64,000 nt of DNA, taken from the NCBI GenBank assembly GCA_964531335.1, contig CAZHEV010000013.1:22732-86731 (forward strand). Reading direction: 5' to 3'. Below the pieces are notes generated by a model. It had not been told where the DNA came from and searched no databases. It was given only the letters and a program-made list of their open reading frames with translations. This stretch comes from an uncultured bacterium. Its GTDB lineage: Bacteria; Eisenbacteria; RBG-16-71-46; CAZHEV01. Numbering within the stretch: position 1 is the first letter of the stretch; the number at the start of each line of letters is the position of its first letter. Of this stretch, positions 26,952 through 36,234 are shown in pieces. The position numbers and the translations under genes were made by a program.

Positions 26952-28262
26952 GTGAATGGCGAGTGGGTTGTCGTGATCCTCATCGTCCTGAGTCTATTCG
27001 TCGTTCAGCCATCCACCGCGCAAGAGTCAGACGCGGATTCCTCCCATTCGCGCATCGAGCTGCGATCGCATTCCGGACAGGTGAAGGTCCGCTTGGGCGC
27101 GGAATTCAACTTCGACTACCTCGGTTTCGACCGCGGCGAACAAAGCATCCCCGGTGTCGGAGCGCAGGAAAACGACTTCATGGTGAAACGGGGCAGGATA
27201 TACCTGGCCGGGAGCCTGCACCGTCAAATCGACTTCAAGATCAAGGCGGGCCTGGAGCTTGAAGGCACGCCGCTCATCGACGCGTACGCCGCACTCCACT
27301 TGCCCTGGGGGATCGACGTGCGCGCGGGGCAGCTAAAGGTCCCCTTCAGCGAGGAGCGCCTGCGAAGCTTCTCTCGGCAGCCCTTCATGGAGCGCGGACT
27401 GGCCCACGGCCTCGCGCTGCGCAGAAGCCAGGGAGTCTATTTCTCAGGCCGGCCCGGGCGTGGAGGGGTTCGTGTCGACCTCGGCACGGTGACGGGAGAG
27501 AGCCTCCACGAGCACAGTACGGATGATGAGTTCGAGTACGTAGGTAGGGTTGCGCTTGTACTCGATCAGATCTTCGCCGGATTTCCCGGGGCCGGTGCAG
27601 TGCGTGCGGCTGCGGCCCGGGGCGGGCGCCGTCCTGAGAGGGGGCCGACGAATTCTTTCTTCGGAAAAACGATGAACGGGCTGGAGTTCTTCACCCCCGT
27701 GCCTGTAAGCGGCCTGCGCACCCGCTACGAGGCGGACGTCGAGTTTCAAAGGCGGTGGTTGTGGGTCGCCGCGGAGTGGATGGGCGTGGAGGAAGAGCGA
27801 AACGGTGTGGCGGTCCGGCTTGACACCGACGGCGATGGGATTGCGGATGATAGCGTGGTCCGCGATCTCAATCCGCTGCTCGAGCGCGGGTGGATGGCTT
27901 ACGCGGTATTCATGCTCACCGGAGAAGACGCCGACGATTGGGTGGTTCCGAAGCGCAGGAGTGGCGCCCTGAGCCTAGCTCTAAGATACAGCACCGTCGT
28001 TTTTGATTCACAGCAGGACCGGATTCGCGCGGGAACGCCCGGCCTTTCCGGAGTCGAGGTCAGCGACGCGTCAGAGGCACTGGGCCGTCCCAACATCGAC
28101 GAAAGCGTGAACGACCTTTACGTAGGCTTGAACTGGTACGTTGCATCTGGCGTGTTTGTGCAGACCGCGGCCGTGTGGCAGTGGTTCGAGTACTCATCGC
28201 CGTATGGCGGGGGCGACCGCTCAGACGTCAATTACCGGGCGAGGATGGGCGTGGTATTCTAG
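26952..28262 (+). CDS. Outer-membrane porin, OprO/OprP (phosphate-selective porin) like
   Basis: GTG start; signal peptide ...VVQPSTAQE; beta-barrel-like composition; C-terminal aromatic residue (F). Confidence 0.65.
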   Translation: MNGEWVVVILIVLSLFVVQPSTAQESDADSSHSRIELRSHSGQVKVRLGAEFNFDYLGFDRGEQSIPGVGAQENDFMVKRGRIYLAGSLHRQIDFKIKAGLELEGTPLIDAYAALHLPWGIDVRAGQLKVPFSEERLRSFSRQPFMERGLAHGLALRRSQGVYFSGRPGRGGVRVDLGTVTGESLHEHSTDDEFEYVGRVALVLDQIFAGFPGAGAVRAAAARGGRRPERGPTNSFFGKTMNGLEFFTPVPVSGLRTRYEADVEFQRRWLWVAAEWMGVEEERNGVAVRLDTDGDGIADDSVVRDLNPLLERGWMAYAVFMLTGEDADDWVVPKRRSGALSLALRYSTVVFDSQQDRIRAGTPGLSGVEVSDASEALGRPNIDESVNDLYVGLNWYVASGVFVQTAAVWQWFEYSSPYGGGDRSDVNYRARMGVVF

Positions 28263-28446
28263 AGTTCCATGACGGCATCATCACGATCCGCGTCCTCTGC
28301 CACAACGGCCCGCTCTTGCTCGAAGACAAGTGTATCCGCTGCGGACTGTGCGCGTCGGCGCAGGCGCTACGACTTCAACCACGGAACCGGGTCCTTGCGC
28401 AGCGGGCACCATCCATAACCGGGATTGTCGACAAATCACGGGCCCC

Positions 28447-29124
28447 TTACTTCCGGCGATTTTCCGGGCTGTTGGCACGGCATTCAGGCAGGACACCCAA
28501 ACACCCCGCCAGTGCCAGTAGGTATTTGTCTCGGGTGCTCTCATGGATGCTGCTCGTGAACGCGCCGAGCCAGGGGAACAGATAACTGTCTTCAAAGTGA
28601 CATTGACGAAGTATCAGGCGTTCCCCCTCCGCCGTGTCGCCGCCGTCCAGCGTCCCACAGGCCCTTTCCAGCAAATGACCGCTGAACTCCAACTCGACGG
28701 CAAGGTGGTCCGGAAGCTCGCACTGTTGCTCTGAGATGACCAGCCCTTCTTCCTCATACAGACGCTCGACCTGCCGGGTCGTGTCGCCGTAGATGTGCCG
28801 GCCCGGCTCCAGGTAGACTGAACCATAAGGAGGCGACGGGACGGACGCCGGGCCGATGAACTGCCGGGTGTAGGCTACCTGCAGGTCCTCCCGTGATCGG
28901 GATTTCAACTCGGATTGCAAGGCCTCAATTGCGACGGTGTCCGGGACTCCAAGCGATTGAACCGCCCGGCGGAGTCTGGGAACAAGCTCCGCGCTCAGGA
29001 AATCCTCAGGCTCAGGAAGGCAACACAACGCGGATAGAATCAGCCTGATTTCGGCATGCTCGCGCAAGTTCGCGCTCAGCGCCGCCATGTTTCGGGATCG
29101 TTCACAAAAAGGTTCATTGATCAT
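28447..29124 (-). CDS. TorD/DmsD-family redox-enzyme maturation chaperone (ArrD-like)
   Basis: YTRQFIGP...PPYGSVYLE...ELPDHLAVELEF motifs typical of TorD-like chaperones; start could be 29124 or 29088. Confidence 0.75.
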   Translation of the reverse strand: MINEPFCERSRNMAALSANLREHAEIRLILSALCCLPEPEDFLSAELVPRLRRAVQSLGVPDTVAIEALQSELKSRSREDLQVAYTRQFIGPASVPSPPYGSVYLEPGRHIYGDTTRQVERLYEEEGLVISEQQCELPDHLAVELEFSGHLLERACGTLDGGDTAEGERLILRQCHFEDSYLFPWLGAFTSSIHESTRDKYLLALAGCLGVLPECRANSPENRRK

Positions 29125-29151
29125 AGGGACTTACAATCCGGTTCACCACGA

Positions 29152-29916
29152 TCACGCGTTCTTTCGACCGGAGAACTCGCCTACGTAGTAAACATTCGGC
29201 TCCGTGCCCGCGTCTTCCCGCAGCCTGAATGCCTTCTGACGCTTCATAGCCTCCCGGACTTCCGCTTTTGGGTCATCGAGATCACCGAAGATCCTCGCGC
29301 CCGCCGGGCAAGCCTCGACACATCGCGGAGCCTCTCTCAGCTCGACACGATGGGCGCACAGGATACATTTTTCAACGACGTCCGCGCGCCGCACGTTGTC
29401 ATAGTCGGGATGACGGTACAGCGTTCTGTGCGGCGGTGTTTGCCGCGATAAGCCGGCTACCTCCGCACCCGACGAAGTACCGCCGGGGATGACTTCCCTC
29501 TTGCCGGAGTACAGGGCATGAGCCACGCCGTTTTCATTGAAGCTGATCACGCTGTACTGTCTACCCTCGTCATCGACATCAAGAGCGCTGTAGGGACACG
29601 CTTCCTGGCACGACTGGCAGCCGATACAGCGCTCGTCGTTGTGCATGGTTATCCCGTCCGGCGTCTTGAACATTGCCTTTGGCGTGACCGGACACGCCTC
29701 GACACAAGCCGCCCTGCTGCAGTGGTTGCAGAGAACCGGCATGGTCGTGTACTTGACATCGGGAAATGTGCCCTCTTGAGTGATCAGGAAATCAGCCCAA
29801 TTGAATGTCTGCCCGTTCGCACGATCGCCCGTGTTGTTCTCCGTCTTACAGGCGATGGCGCACGCCCCGCAGCCGACGCATTTGTGGAGATCTATAACCA
29901 TTCCGTACTGGGCCAT
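29152..29916 (-). CDS. Molybdoenzyme iron-sulfur subunit with four 4Fe-4S clusters (ArrB/PsrB/DmsB-like)
   Basis: ATG 29916 with RBS GGAGG 9 nt upstream; four Cys clusters (CVGCGACAIAC, CNHCSRAACVEACP, CIGCQSCQEACP, CILCAH...CVEACP). Confidence 0.85.
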   Translation of the reverse strand: MAQYGMVIDLHKCVGCGACAIACKTENNTGDRANGQTFNWADFLITQEGTFPDVKYTTMPVLCNHCSRAACVEACPVTPKAMFKTPDGITMHNDERCIGCQSCQEACPYSALDVDDEGRQYSVISFNENGVAHALYSGKREVIPGGTSSGAEVAGLSRQTPPHRTLYRHPDYDNVRRADVVEKCILCAHRVELREAPRCVEACPAGARIFGDLDDPKAEVREAMKRQKAFRLREDAGTEPNVYYVGEFSGRKNA

Positions 29917-29944
29917 GGCGTCCATCCTCCAATTGAAGCGCGTG

Positions 29945-32470
29945 TCAGATCTTCTCGATCTTTACGCCGGTAAAGCCTCCATTGCGAGCCGTGCTCCCGG
30001 AAAGGCGGTCATAATCGGCCGGCATTATTTCGTTGTTGTTCACTCCCCTGGGGATCTTGCCGAACTCAGCCGAGGCAAAGCGGCCGTAAGCCCAATGCCC
30101 CTGCCCGTAGCACTTGGTCGCCACTCCAGGGGGTATCCCTTCCCAGGGTTTCGCTTTTATCTCAAAACTGCCGGTCACCGAGGATACGAGAACCCTGTCT
30201 CCATGGTTGATTCCCAGCCGAGCCGCATCTTTGGGGTTCATCTTCAGCACGTCGTCCCAGCTCTCATCGCCGGGATCGACCTTCTTCATCTCGTGGTACC
30301 AGGTTGTGTTTTGGCTGCGCCCTTCTCTGTTGAGCCGTGATTTGTGATCCAGGAATACGAACGGGTACTCTTCGACATCGCCCCATCGGAAGGGTGGTTC
30401 GTAGTGCGGAACAAAGGCCTGCTCACCACGCGCCGTGTACTTACAGCTCTCAAGGATGTCATCCACGCTCGTCGCATGCTTGTCGGCGTGGGCCTGGAGA
30501 GCCTTCTTGAGCGTTTCGCTGTAGAACTCGAATCTGTGCGTCTCGGTCTTGAACTTTCCCCAACGCTTCTTGTAAGGATATGGGTCTGAATTCCACATCC
30601 CGCGCTTCCTGAGCTCGTCCCAGCCTGCGATGCCGTCGCCATCGTGACCCGCGGCGTCCATCCAAAGCGGGGACAAGTAATACTTGGTTGAATAGAGCGC
30701 GAACTCCCGCTCGTTTGACGGCGACTTGCCGGTGTCCACGTCTTTGAACTCCTGCTTGAAGTAGTCCAGGAGATTCGGGAATCCCCTCGCCGCCAGACGT
30801 TCGGCGATCAGATACGGTATCTCCGTCTCGTCGATCTTGACGTTCCAGAGGGGATCAACAACGGGCTGAAGCAATGAGGCGTATGCGAAACGGTTTTGTT
30901 TGCCTTTGACCCATCCCCATTTTTCGAAAGTAGTCATTGCACACGGCAAGACGATGTCCGCAAACATCGTCATTTCCGAGGCGTTGGTCGTTAGATGCAC
31001 AAAGAACGGGATCTTCCGCATCGCCCTCTCCCAACGCCGGGCACCGGTACACGAAAAGGGAAAATTGCACATATAACCGATCGCAAGCTTGATATCATAT
31101 GGATCTTCTTCAAGGATCCCGGTTGCGGCATTGTTGGTCACGACACCGCCGCCCGGCTTTCCTTCCTTGAGAGAAGGGAATTCCTTATAGCCGCGCTGGT
31201 CGATCTTCTTGTGCTTCAGCTTTGCGAGGTCGTCCAGGTAAGCGTCGATTTTGGGCATCTTGAGAACCGGGACATGGGCCTTGTCCATCGTACCGCCCTC
31301 GTTGTCAACGGAGCCCAGCAGACCATTCAGCGCGTGAATGGCCATTGCTGCATAGCTTCCGCGGACCTGCATGCAGGAACCCGGGCCGAGCCAGACGGCG
31401 ACATTCGGCGAAGCGTGCCCGAGACCACGCGCGACACGTCTGATCTGATCGGCGGACACTCCGGTGACTCCCTCGGCCCACTTCGCGGACCGGTCCTTCA
31501 ACTCGATGTTCCACCATGCCGCGAGCCCGTGGGTGTGATTCTCCGTAAATAGAACCTCATCTACGGTCTCTCCCGGCTTGAAACGGTTCTTTTCATCGTT
31601 GAAATCGCCGACGAACTCCCGGTTCCAAGCGCCGTTTACAAGAATCTCATGCGCCAGAGCCACTGCCAGCGCCCCATCCTCGCCGGGCTTTACCGGAAGC
31701 CATTCTTGAGCTTTGATGGCTGAGGTGTGAAGTCTCGGATCGACGACCGCCAGTGTTCCGCGGTCAACCACCCCGTGAAGTCTCTTTATGGCAGCAGGCA
31801 CCATTCTGTTCGAAGCGACGGGGTCGCACCCCCAGACAAGAAGGTACGCGCACTTGTCGAGATCGTAGTCGCGGTAGTCCCAGAGTCCCTCCGTAAAATA
31901 AGGGCCGAATTTCTCGGCTTCGGCGCAGATTGCACTGTGTGAGATGTTATTCGGCGATCCGATAATCTTGGTCATCGCTTCGTAGATCACGTCACGCATG
32001 TAAGTGTATCTTCCCCGCAGCAGCAGGTACTTATGCGCCTCACCCGACCGCCGTAGTGAGAGAATCCGCTCCGCTATGGTATCCAGCGCCTCGTCCCAAG
32101 TGATGGCAACGAACCGCGGGTCCTCACCGCGACCCTTATTCGGGTTCGTGCGCTTCAAGGGGGCCTTTACGCGATCAGGGTCATAGACTTGCTGCAGTCC
32201 AATGTGGCCACGAGGGCAGCAGACACCATCGTTCTGCTTCGAGTGCCGGTTTCCCTGTACCTTGACGGCCCGGCCATTCTGAACGAAGACCTCGAGCGGG
32301 CACCAAGTCGTGCACCCCTGGCACGTAGTGGGTATCCACTCACCAGCCGCTTCTTCCACACGAAAACTCTTTTTCACCGAAGCCAGCGCGTTCAGGCGGA
32401 AACCACCCGTCGTCAACAACGCGCCGGCGGCGGCGGCGGACTTGAGGAAGTCACGCCTCCGAATCCGCAT
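29945..32470 (-). CDS. Molybdopterin oxidoreductase catalytic subunit, DMSO-reductase family, Tat-exported (ArrA/ArxA/PsrA-like)
   Basis: ATG 32470 with RBS GGAGG; twin-arginine signal MRIRRRDFLKSAAAAGA; N-terminal Fe-S motif CQGCTTWC...C (C-x2-C-x3-C-x26-C). Substrate not assignable from sequence alone. Confidence 0.85.
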   Translation of the reverse strand: MRIRRRDFLKSAAAAGALLTTGGFRLNALASVKKSFRVEEAAGEWIPTTCQGCTTWCPLEVFVQNGRAVKVQGNRHSKQNDGVCCPRGHIGLQQVYDPDRVKAPLKRTNPNKGRGEDPRFVAITWDEALDTIAERILSLRRSGEAHKYLLLRGRYTYMRDVIYEAMTKIIGSPNNISHSAICAEAEKFGPYFTEGLWDYRDYDLDKCAYLLVWGCDPVASNRMVPAAIKRLHGVVDRGTLAVVDPRLHTSAIKAQEWLPVKPGEDGALAVALAHEILVNGAWNREFVGDFNDEKNRFKPGETVDEVLFTENHTHGLAAWWNIELKDRSAKWAEGVTGVSADQIRRVARGLGHASPNVAVWLGPGSCMQVRGSYAAMAIHALNGLLGSVDNEGGTMDKAHVPVLKMPKIDAYLDDLAKLKHKKIDQRGYKEFPSLKEGKPGGGVVTNNAATGILEEDPYDIKLAIGYMCNFPFSCTGARRWERAMRKIPFFVHLTTNASEMTMFADIVLPCAMTTFEKWGWVKGKQNRFAYASLLQPVVDPLWNVKIDETEIPYLIAERLAARGFPNLLDYFKQEFKDVDTGKSPSNEREFALYSTKYYLSPLWMDAAGHDGDGIAGWDELRKRGMWNSDPYPYKKRWGKFKTETHRFEFYSETLKKALQAHADKHATSVDDILESCKYTARGEQAFVPHYEPPFRWGDVEEYPFVFLDHKSRLNREGRSQNTTWYHEMKKVDPGDESWDDVLKMNPKDAARLGINHGDRVLVSSVTGSFEIKAKPWEGIPPGVATKCYGQGHWAYGRFASAEFGKIPRGVNNNEIMPADYDRLSGSTARNGGFTGVKIEKI

Positions 32471-32513
32471 AGCAACCTCCAAGGGGGCATGTCATTGTGC
32501 TTGGCATCGAAGC

Positions 32514-33023
32514 TCAACGCTCATCGCCGACCTGGCTGTCTCGATGCTCCGACCATCCGCAACATTCCCCGTCTGTCTCACGGCAGTCCGGGCTCCCTGG
32601 TTCAAGCGCCGGGGGCAACGATTCCGGATCTCCCAGGTCGGCAATGGTGATCTCGCGCGCGGCCGAATAGAAAGCGTCTCTGGCTCGGCCCCAGGCGCGA
32701 TCAAACTTGCACGGATTCTGCTCCGTACAGTCACCCAATCCGAGTCGGCATCCAGTCTCTCCATGCAAATGCTCAATGCCTTCTATCACTTCCAGTAGAG
32801 AGATCTTGTGCGGAGGCCGGGCCAGCCCGTAGCCTCCGGTGAAGCCCCGCTTTGAAGTGACAAATCCCAGGTCTCTGAGGGAATGAAGGATCTTGGCCAA
32901 ATACGGGCGTGGCACGTTAGCGCAAGCCGCGAGTTCCTCCCGTTTCCGCAAAGGCCCTATACAGAACGCCAGGCAACGTAGAGCCCTGATGGCATAGACC
33001 GAGGAGTTCGATAGTCCGAACAT
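32514..33023 (-). CDS. Rrf2-family (IscR/NsrR-like) Fe-S transcriptional regulator
   Basis: ATG 33023 with RBS AAAGGAG; MFGLSNSSVYAIRALRCLA N-terminus; three-Cys cluster CRLGLGDCTEQNPC. Confidence 0.8.
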   Translation of the reverse strand: MFGLSNSSVYAIRALRCLAFCIGPLRKREELAACANVPRPYLAKILHSLRDLGFVTSKRGFTGGYGLARPPHKISLLEVIEGIEHLHGETGCRLGLGDCTEQNPCKFDRAWGRARDAFYSAAREITIADLGDPESLPPALEPGSPDCRETDGECCGWSEHRDSQVGDER

Positions 33024-33061
33024 TTTTGACTCCTTTCCGTGTGAACCTAGCATTTATGACC

Positions 33062-33071
33062 TTGATATCAA
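33062..33071. promoter_or_regulatory. Perfect 10-bp palindrome TTGATATCAA in the Rrf2 upstream region
   Basis: Direct reading; AT-rich divergent promoter region. Confidence 0.3.
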
Positions 33072-33401
33072 CTATTTTCTTGATTTACATATCTAAAAAG
33101 CGATGAAAGGCGGCGCCGCCGGTTGCCTGACGAACCGGCCGGCACTTTCTTCCCGGCCTTCCGGCCCGACCGGGGCCGACCCGGCACCCCACTCGCATCG
33201 ACGGGATGCCCCCACCGTCCACCCTGGAACTCTGTGCGAGAAGACCGACGGGCGGGGAACCAGGAGCGCCTGATCTGAGTGCAGGGGGTGGTCCGCTGGG
33301 CCAAACCCAAAGGGCCATCAGTCTGAATCCCACAGTGCTGGTCACACTTCTGGGGTCATTCCGCGCGGGGCGCGGTGCCTCTGCGCGGTGCCTTTTTTCT
33401 C

Positions 33402-33450
33402 TTGACCGGGATGCAGGGCCTCTGCTATAATTCGATATGTGTGCACATAT
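33402..33450 (+). promoter_or_regulatory. Promoter TTGACC-18-TATAAT followed by a perfect inverted repeat ATATGTG-TG-CACATAT (candidate ArsR operator)
   Basis: Direct reading: TTGACC 33402-33407, TATAAT 33426-33431, palindrome 33435-33450, RBS GGAG 33451-33454, ATG 33463. Confidence 0.45.
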
Positions 33451-33462
33451 GGAGACTGACTT

Positions 33463-33909
33463 ATGCGCGATTTCATGACCATAGCGAAGGCACTCTCGGA
33501 TCAGAACCGGATCAGGATGCTCATGGCGCTCTCCGGGGGTGAGCTCTGCGTGTGCCAGATCACGGAGCTCGTGGGCCGGTCTCCTTCTACCGTATCCAAG
33601 CATATGTCCATTCTGAGGCAGGCGGGTCTTGTTGAAGGAAGAAAGGTCGGCCGTTGGGTCTATTACAAACACCCGGATCGCGACGTTCCCGACCTTGTGC
33701 GCGGCACTCTGAAGTGGGTGCGCAGCTCCCTGGCGGAAGATCCGCATATACTCGCGGATGTGAAACGCCTTGAGGAGGTCTTGAAGCTCGATCCCGAGGT
33801 TTTGTGCCGAGGGCAGAGCATGACGTGTCAATCCTCTCCCGGACGATCATCGGCGAAGGCCGGGACCCGAAAGCGCGGGGTAGATCGCGCGCTCAAGCGC
33901 GCGGGATGA
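33463..33909 (+). CDS. arsR: ArsR/SmtB-family metalloregulator with CVC motif
   Basis: LMALSGGELCVCQITELVGRSPSTVSKHMSILRQAGLV; Cys-Val-Cys as in As(III)-responsive ArsR. Confidence 0.8.
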   Translation: MRDFMTIAKALSDQNRIRMLMALSGGELCVCQITELVGRSPSTVSKHMSILRQAGLVEGRKVGRWVYYKHPDRDVPDLVRGTLKWVRSSLAEDPHILADVKRLEEVLKLDPEVLCRGQSMTCQSSPGRSSAKAGTRKRGVDRALKRAG

Positions 33910-34131
33910 TCTGGGCCACCGTGGTATCGGATCGGCCCGGCCACCCGCGGCGGCGGCCCAGCGATGCACACACTGAGCAACGCCACGCAATTGCCGGCAC
34001 CGCGCTGGTGGCCGCGGTTCAGCGGCGGATACCGAACGAAGTTGTGCGGTTGCCGGCGCCGGCATCATCAAGGAGGCATTGCAGGAAACGGCGGCCGACC
34101 TAAACGAACGGGAGCTTGGAGGAGAGGAGCC

Positions 34132-34995
34132 ATGGGAAAGAAACTGTTGTTGGCAGTATCGATTTGCGCTGTAGCCGCGTTCGTCGTGTACGCGGCGGTG
34201 AACATCCGGGGGATGGAACCGGGATCGGCCGGCGCAGCGGCTGATTTGCCACAATCTGCGGGCGTTTCCCGTGAAGGGCCCGCCGCCGCTGCCGGCGAGC
34301 GGCTGGAAGGATCCGGCGACGGCATGGCCGCGCTGAGAGACGCCGCCGAGGAGGATAAGTATGCTTTCGCCTTCTTCTATAAGGACGAGGATGAAGGCAC
34401 GCAGGAGATGAGGGAGTTGTTCGAGACGGCGATGGAGAAGGTCACAGATCGTGCCGAGCACGTGATCCTCAACGCCGCCGACCCTTCGGAGAAGGACATG
34501 ATCGAGAAGTACGGAATTGACCGATCACCCATGCCGTTGGTACTGGCGTTCGCTCCCAACGGTGCACTGACCCGGGGGCTTCCCAGATCCTTCACCGAGG
34601 AGCAGATAATGAGCTGCTTCGTGAGCCCGTGCATGGAAATGTGCCTCAAGGGCGTGCAGGACAGCAGGCTTGTCGCGGTGTGCGTGCAAAACGGCTCAAC
34701 GCGGTTCAACGAGGAGGCGATGGCTGGAGTGCGGGCATTCATGACGGATCCGCGGTTTGCCCGGATGACCGATCTTGTCATGTTGGACCCCAGCGATCCG
34801 GATGAAGCCACGACCTGTAAGAGGTTCAGCGTCGATCCCGACACCGACCAGGCGATAACCCTTCTGCTCGCGCCTCCGGGCAACATCATCGGAAGATTCA
34901 AGGGGGCGACCGACAAGGACGACATGGTCTCCATTCTGACGAGAGCCACGTCCGGCGGATGCGGTCCGGGCAGCGGCTCTGGATGTTGCCCCTAG
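34132..34995 (+). CDS. Hypothetical exported protein with Cys-rich C-terminal tail
   Basis: ATG 34132 with RBS GGAGGAGAGGAG; N-terminal signal/anchor MGKKLLLAVSICAVAAFVVYAAV; C-terminus GGCGPGSGSGCCP; internal CMEMC. Confidence 0.5.
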   Translation: MGKKLLLAVSICAVAAFVVYAAVNIRGMEPGSAGAAADLPQSAGVSREGPAAAAGERLEGSGDGMAALRDAAEEDKYAFAFFYKDEDEGTQEMRELFETAMEKVTDRAEHVILNAADPSEKDMIEKYGIDRSPMPLVLAFAPNGALTRGLPRSFTEEQIMSCFVSPCMEMCLKGVQDSRLVAVCVQNGSTRFNEEAMAGVRAFMTDPRFARMTDLVMLDPSDPDEATTCKRFSVDPDTDQAITLLLAPPGNIIGRFKGATDKDDMVSILTRATSGGCGPGSGSGCCP

Positions 34996-35013
34996 TAGCC
35001 CGGAGGTAACGAA

Positions 35014-36234
35014 GTGAAACTAAGAAAAATCGTCTGGCAGGAGATGTTTCAGCGGAAGTCCCAGCTTGCCACAAGCCTGATCGCCGTGCTTCTCGGCATC
35101 GCCGTGGTCGTCTCCATCAAGAACATCACCTTCTATTCCGAGAAGGCCGTGGCCAGGGAGCTCGACGCCCTGGGCACCAACATTCTCGTCCTGCCCAAGT
35201 CCGCGTCGATACAGGACTACTACAGCGCGGACATGCAGGATGACGAGTTCCCCGAGGAGTACATAACGCGCCTGGCGACCTCCGACCTCCAGGGACTGGA
35301 CAATCTGTCGCCGAAACTGTCCCTGCCGGTGGAGCTCAACGGCGCCGCTTTCACGCTGACGGGGATACTTCCCAAGAATGAGTTCAGCGCAAAGGCCATG
35401 TGGGCGGGCGCGGGCATCTTCTCGCGGCCGGAGGGCTGCGGTCAGATAGCCGGAATGCCGTCGGCCGCGGACCCGCCGGCCAAGGAGACCTTGGTCCGAA
35501 AGAGGGTCATCGACACCCTCGGTGACAATGAAGCCCTCGTGGGCGCCGACGTGGCGGCCCTGTTGGGGGTCGAGGAAGCCGACGAGCTGGCGATTCTGGG
35601 CAGGACATTCTCGGTAACCGCGGTCCTGCCGCAGACCGGCACCGTGGACGATTCCCGTATCTTCGCCCACCTGCACACTGTCCAGAAGCTATCCGGAAAG
35701 GGCCCCGTGGTCAACGCCATCGAGATCGTGGGCTGCTGCAACGAGATATCCGGGGGGCTGGTGCAGAAGATCAACAGGCTTCTTCCCGAAGCGAGAGTCG
35801 TCACGATCACCCAGGTCGTGGACACGCAGATCAAGACGAATCAGATGATGTCCCGGCTATCGATGGTCTTCCTGGCCATCATTGTTGTCGTCGGGGGAGC
35901 GAGCATAGCCAACTACATGTATGCTAACGTGTATGAAAGGCGCCGTGAGATAGGGACACTCATGGCACTGGGCGCGGGGTCCGGGATGATCTTGAAGCTT
36001 TTCCTTTTGAAGGCCCTGGCGATCGGGCTCGCCGGCGGAATCGGCGGTTATGCGCTGGGCACGCTGCTGGCGGTGACCTTGGGGCCGCAGTTCGCGCGCG
36101 TCCCCGTGCTGCCCATGCCGGTTCTTATCGCCTGGGCGCTCGGCATCTCCCTGATTTTGGCCCTCGCGGCGAGCTATCTCCCGGCCAGGCGCGCCGCGCG
36201 CCTTGACCCGTGCGAGACGCTCCAGGAGATGTGA
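35014..36234 (+). CDS. ABC transporter permease, FtsX/MacB-like
   Basis: 406 aa; N-terminal TM, large periplasmic loop, C-terminal TM bundle. Confidence 0.8.
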   Translation: MKLRKIVWQEMFQRKSQLATSLIAVLLGIAVVVSIKNITFYSEKAVARELDALGTNILVLPKSASIQDYYSADMQDDEFPEEYITRLATSDLQGLDNLSPKLSLPVELNGAAFTLTGILPKNEFSAKAMWAGAGIFSRPEGCGQIAGMPSAADPPAKETLVRKRVIDTLGDNEALVGADVAALLGVEEADELAILGRTFSVTAVLPQTGTVDDSRIFAHLHTVQKLSGKGPVVNAIEIVGCCNEISGGLVQKINRLLPEARVVTITQVVDTQIKTNQMMSRLSMVFLAIIVVVGGASIANYMYANVYERRREIGTLMALGAGSGMILKLFLLKALAIGLAGGIGGYALGTLLAVTLGPQFARVPVLPMPVLIAWALGISLILALAASYLPARRAARLDPCETLQEM

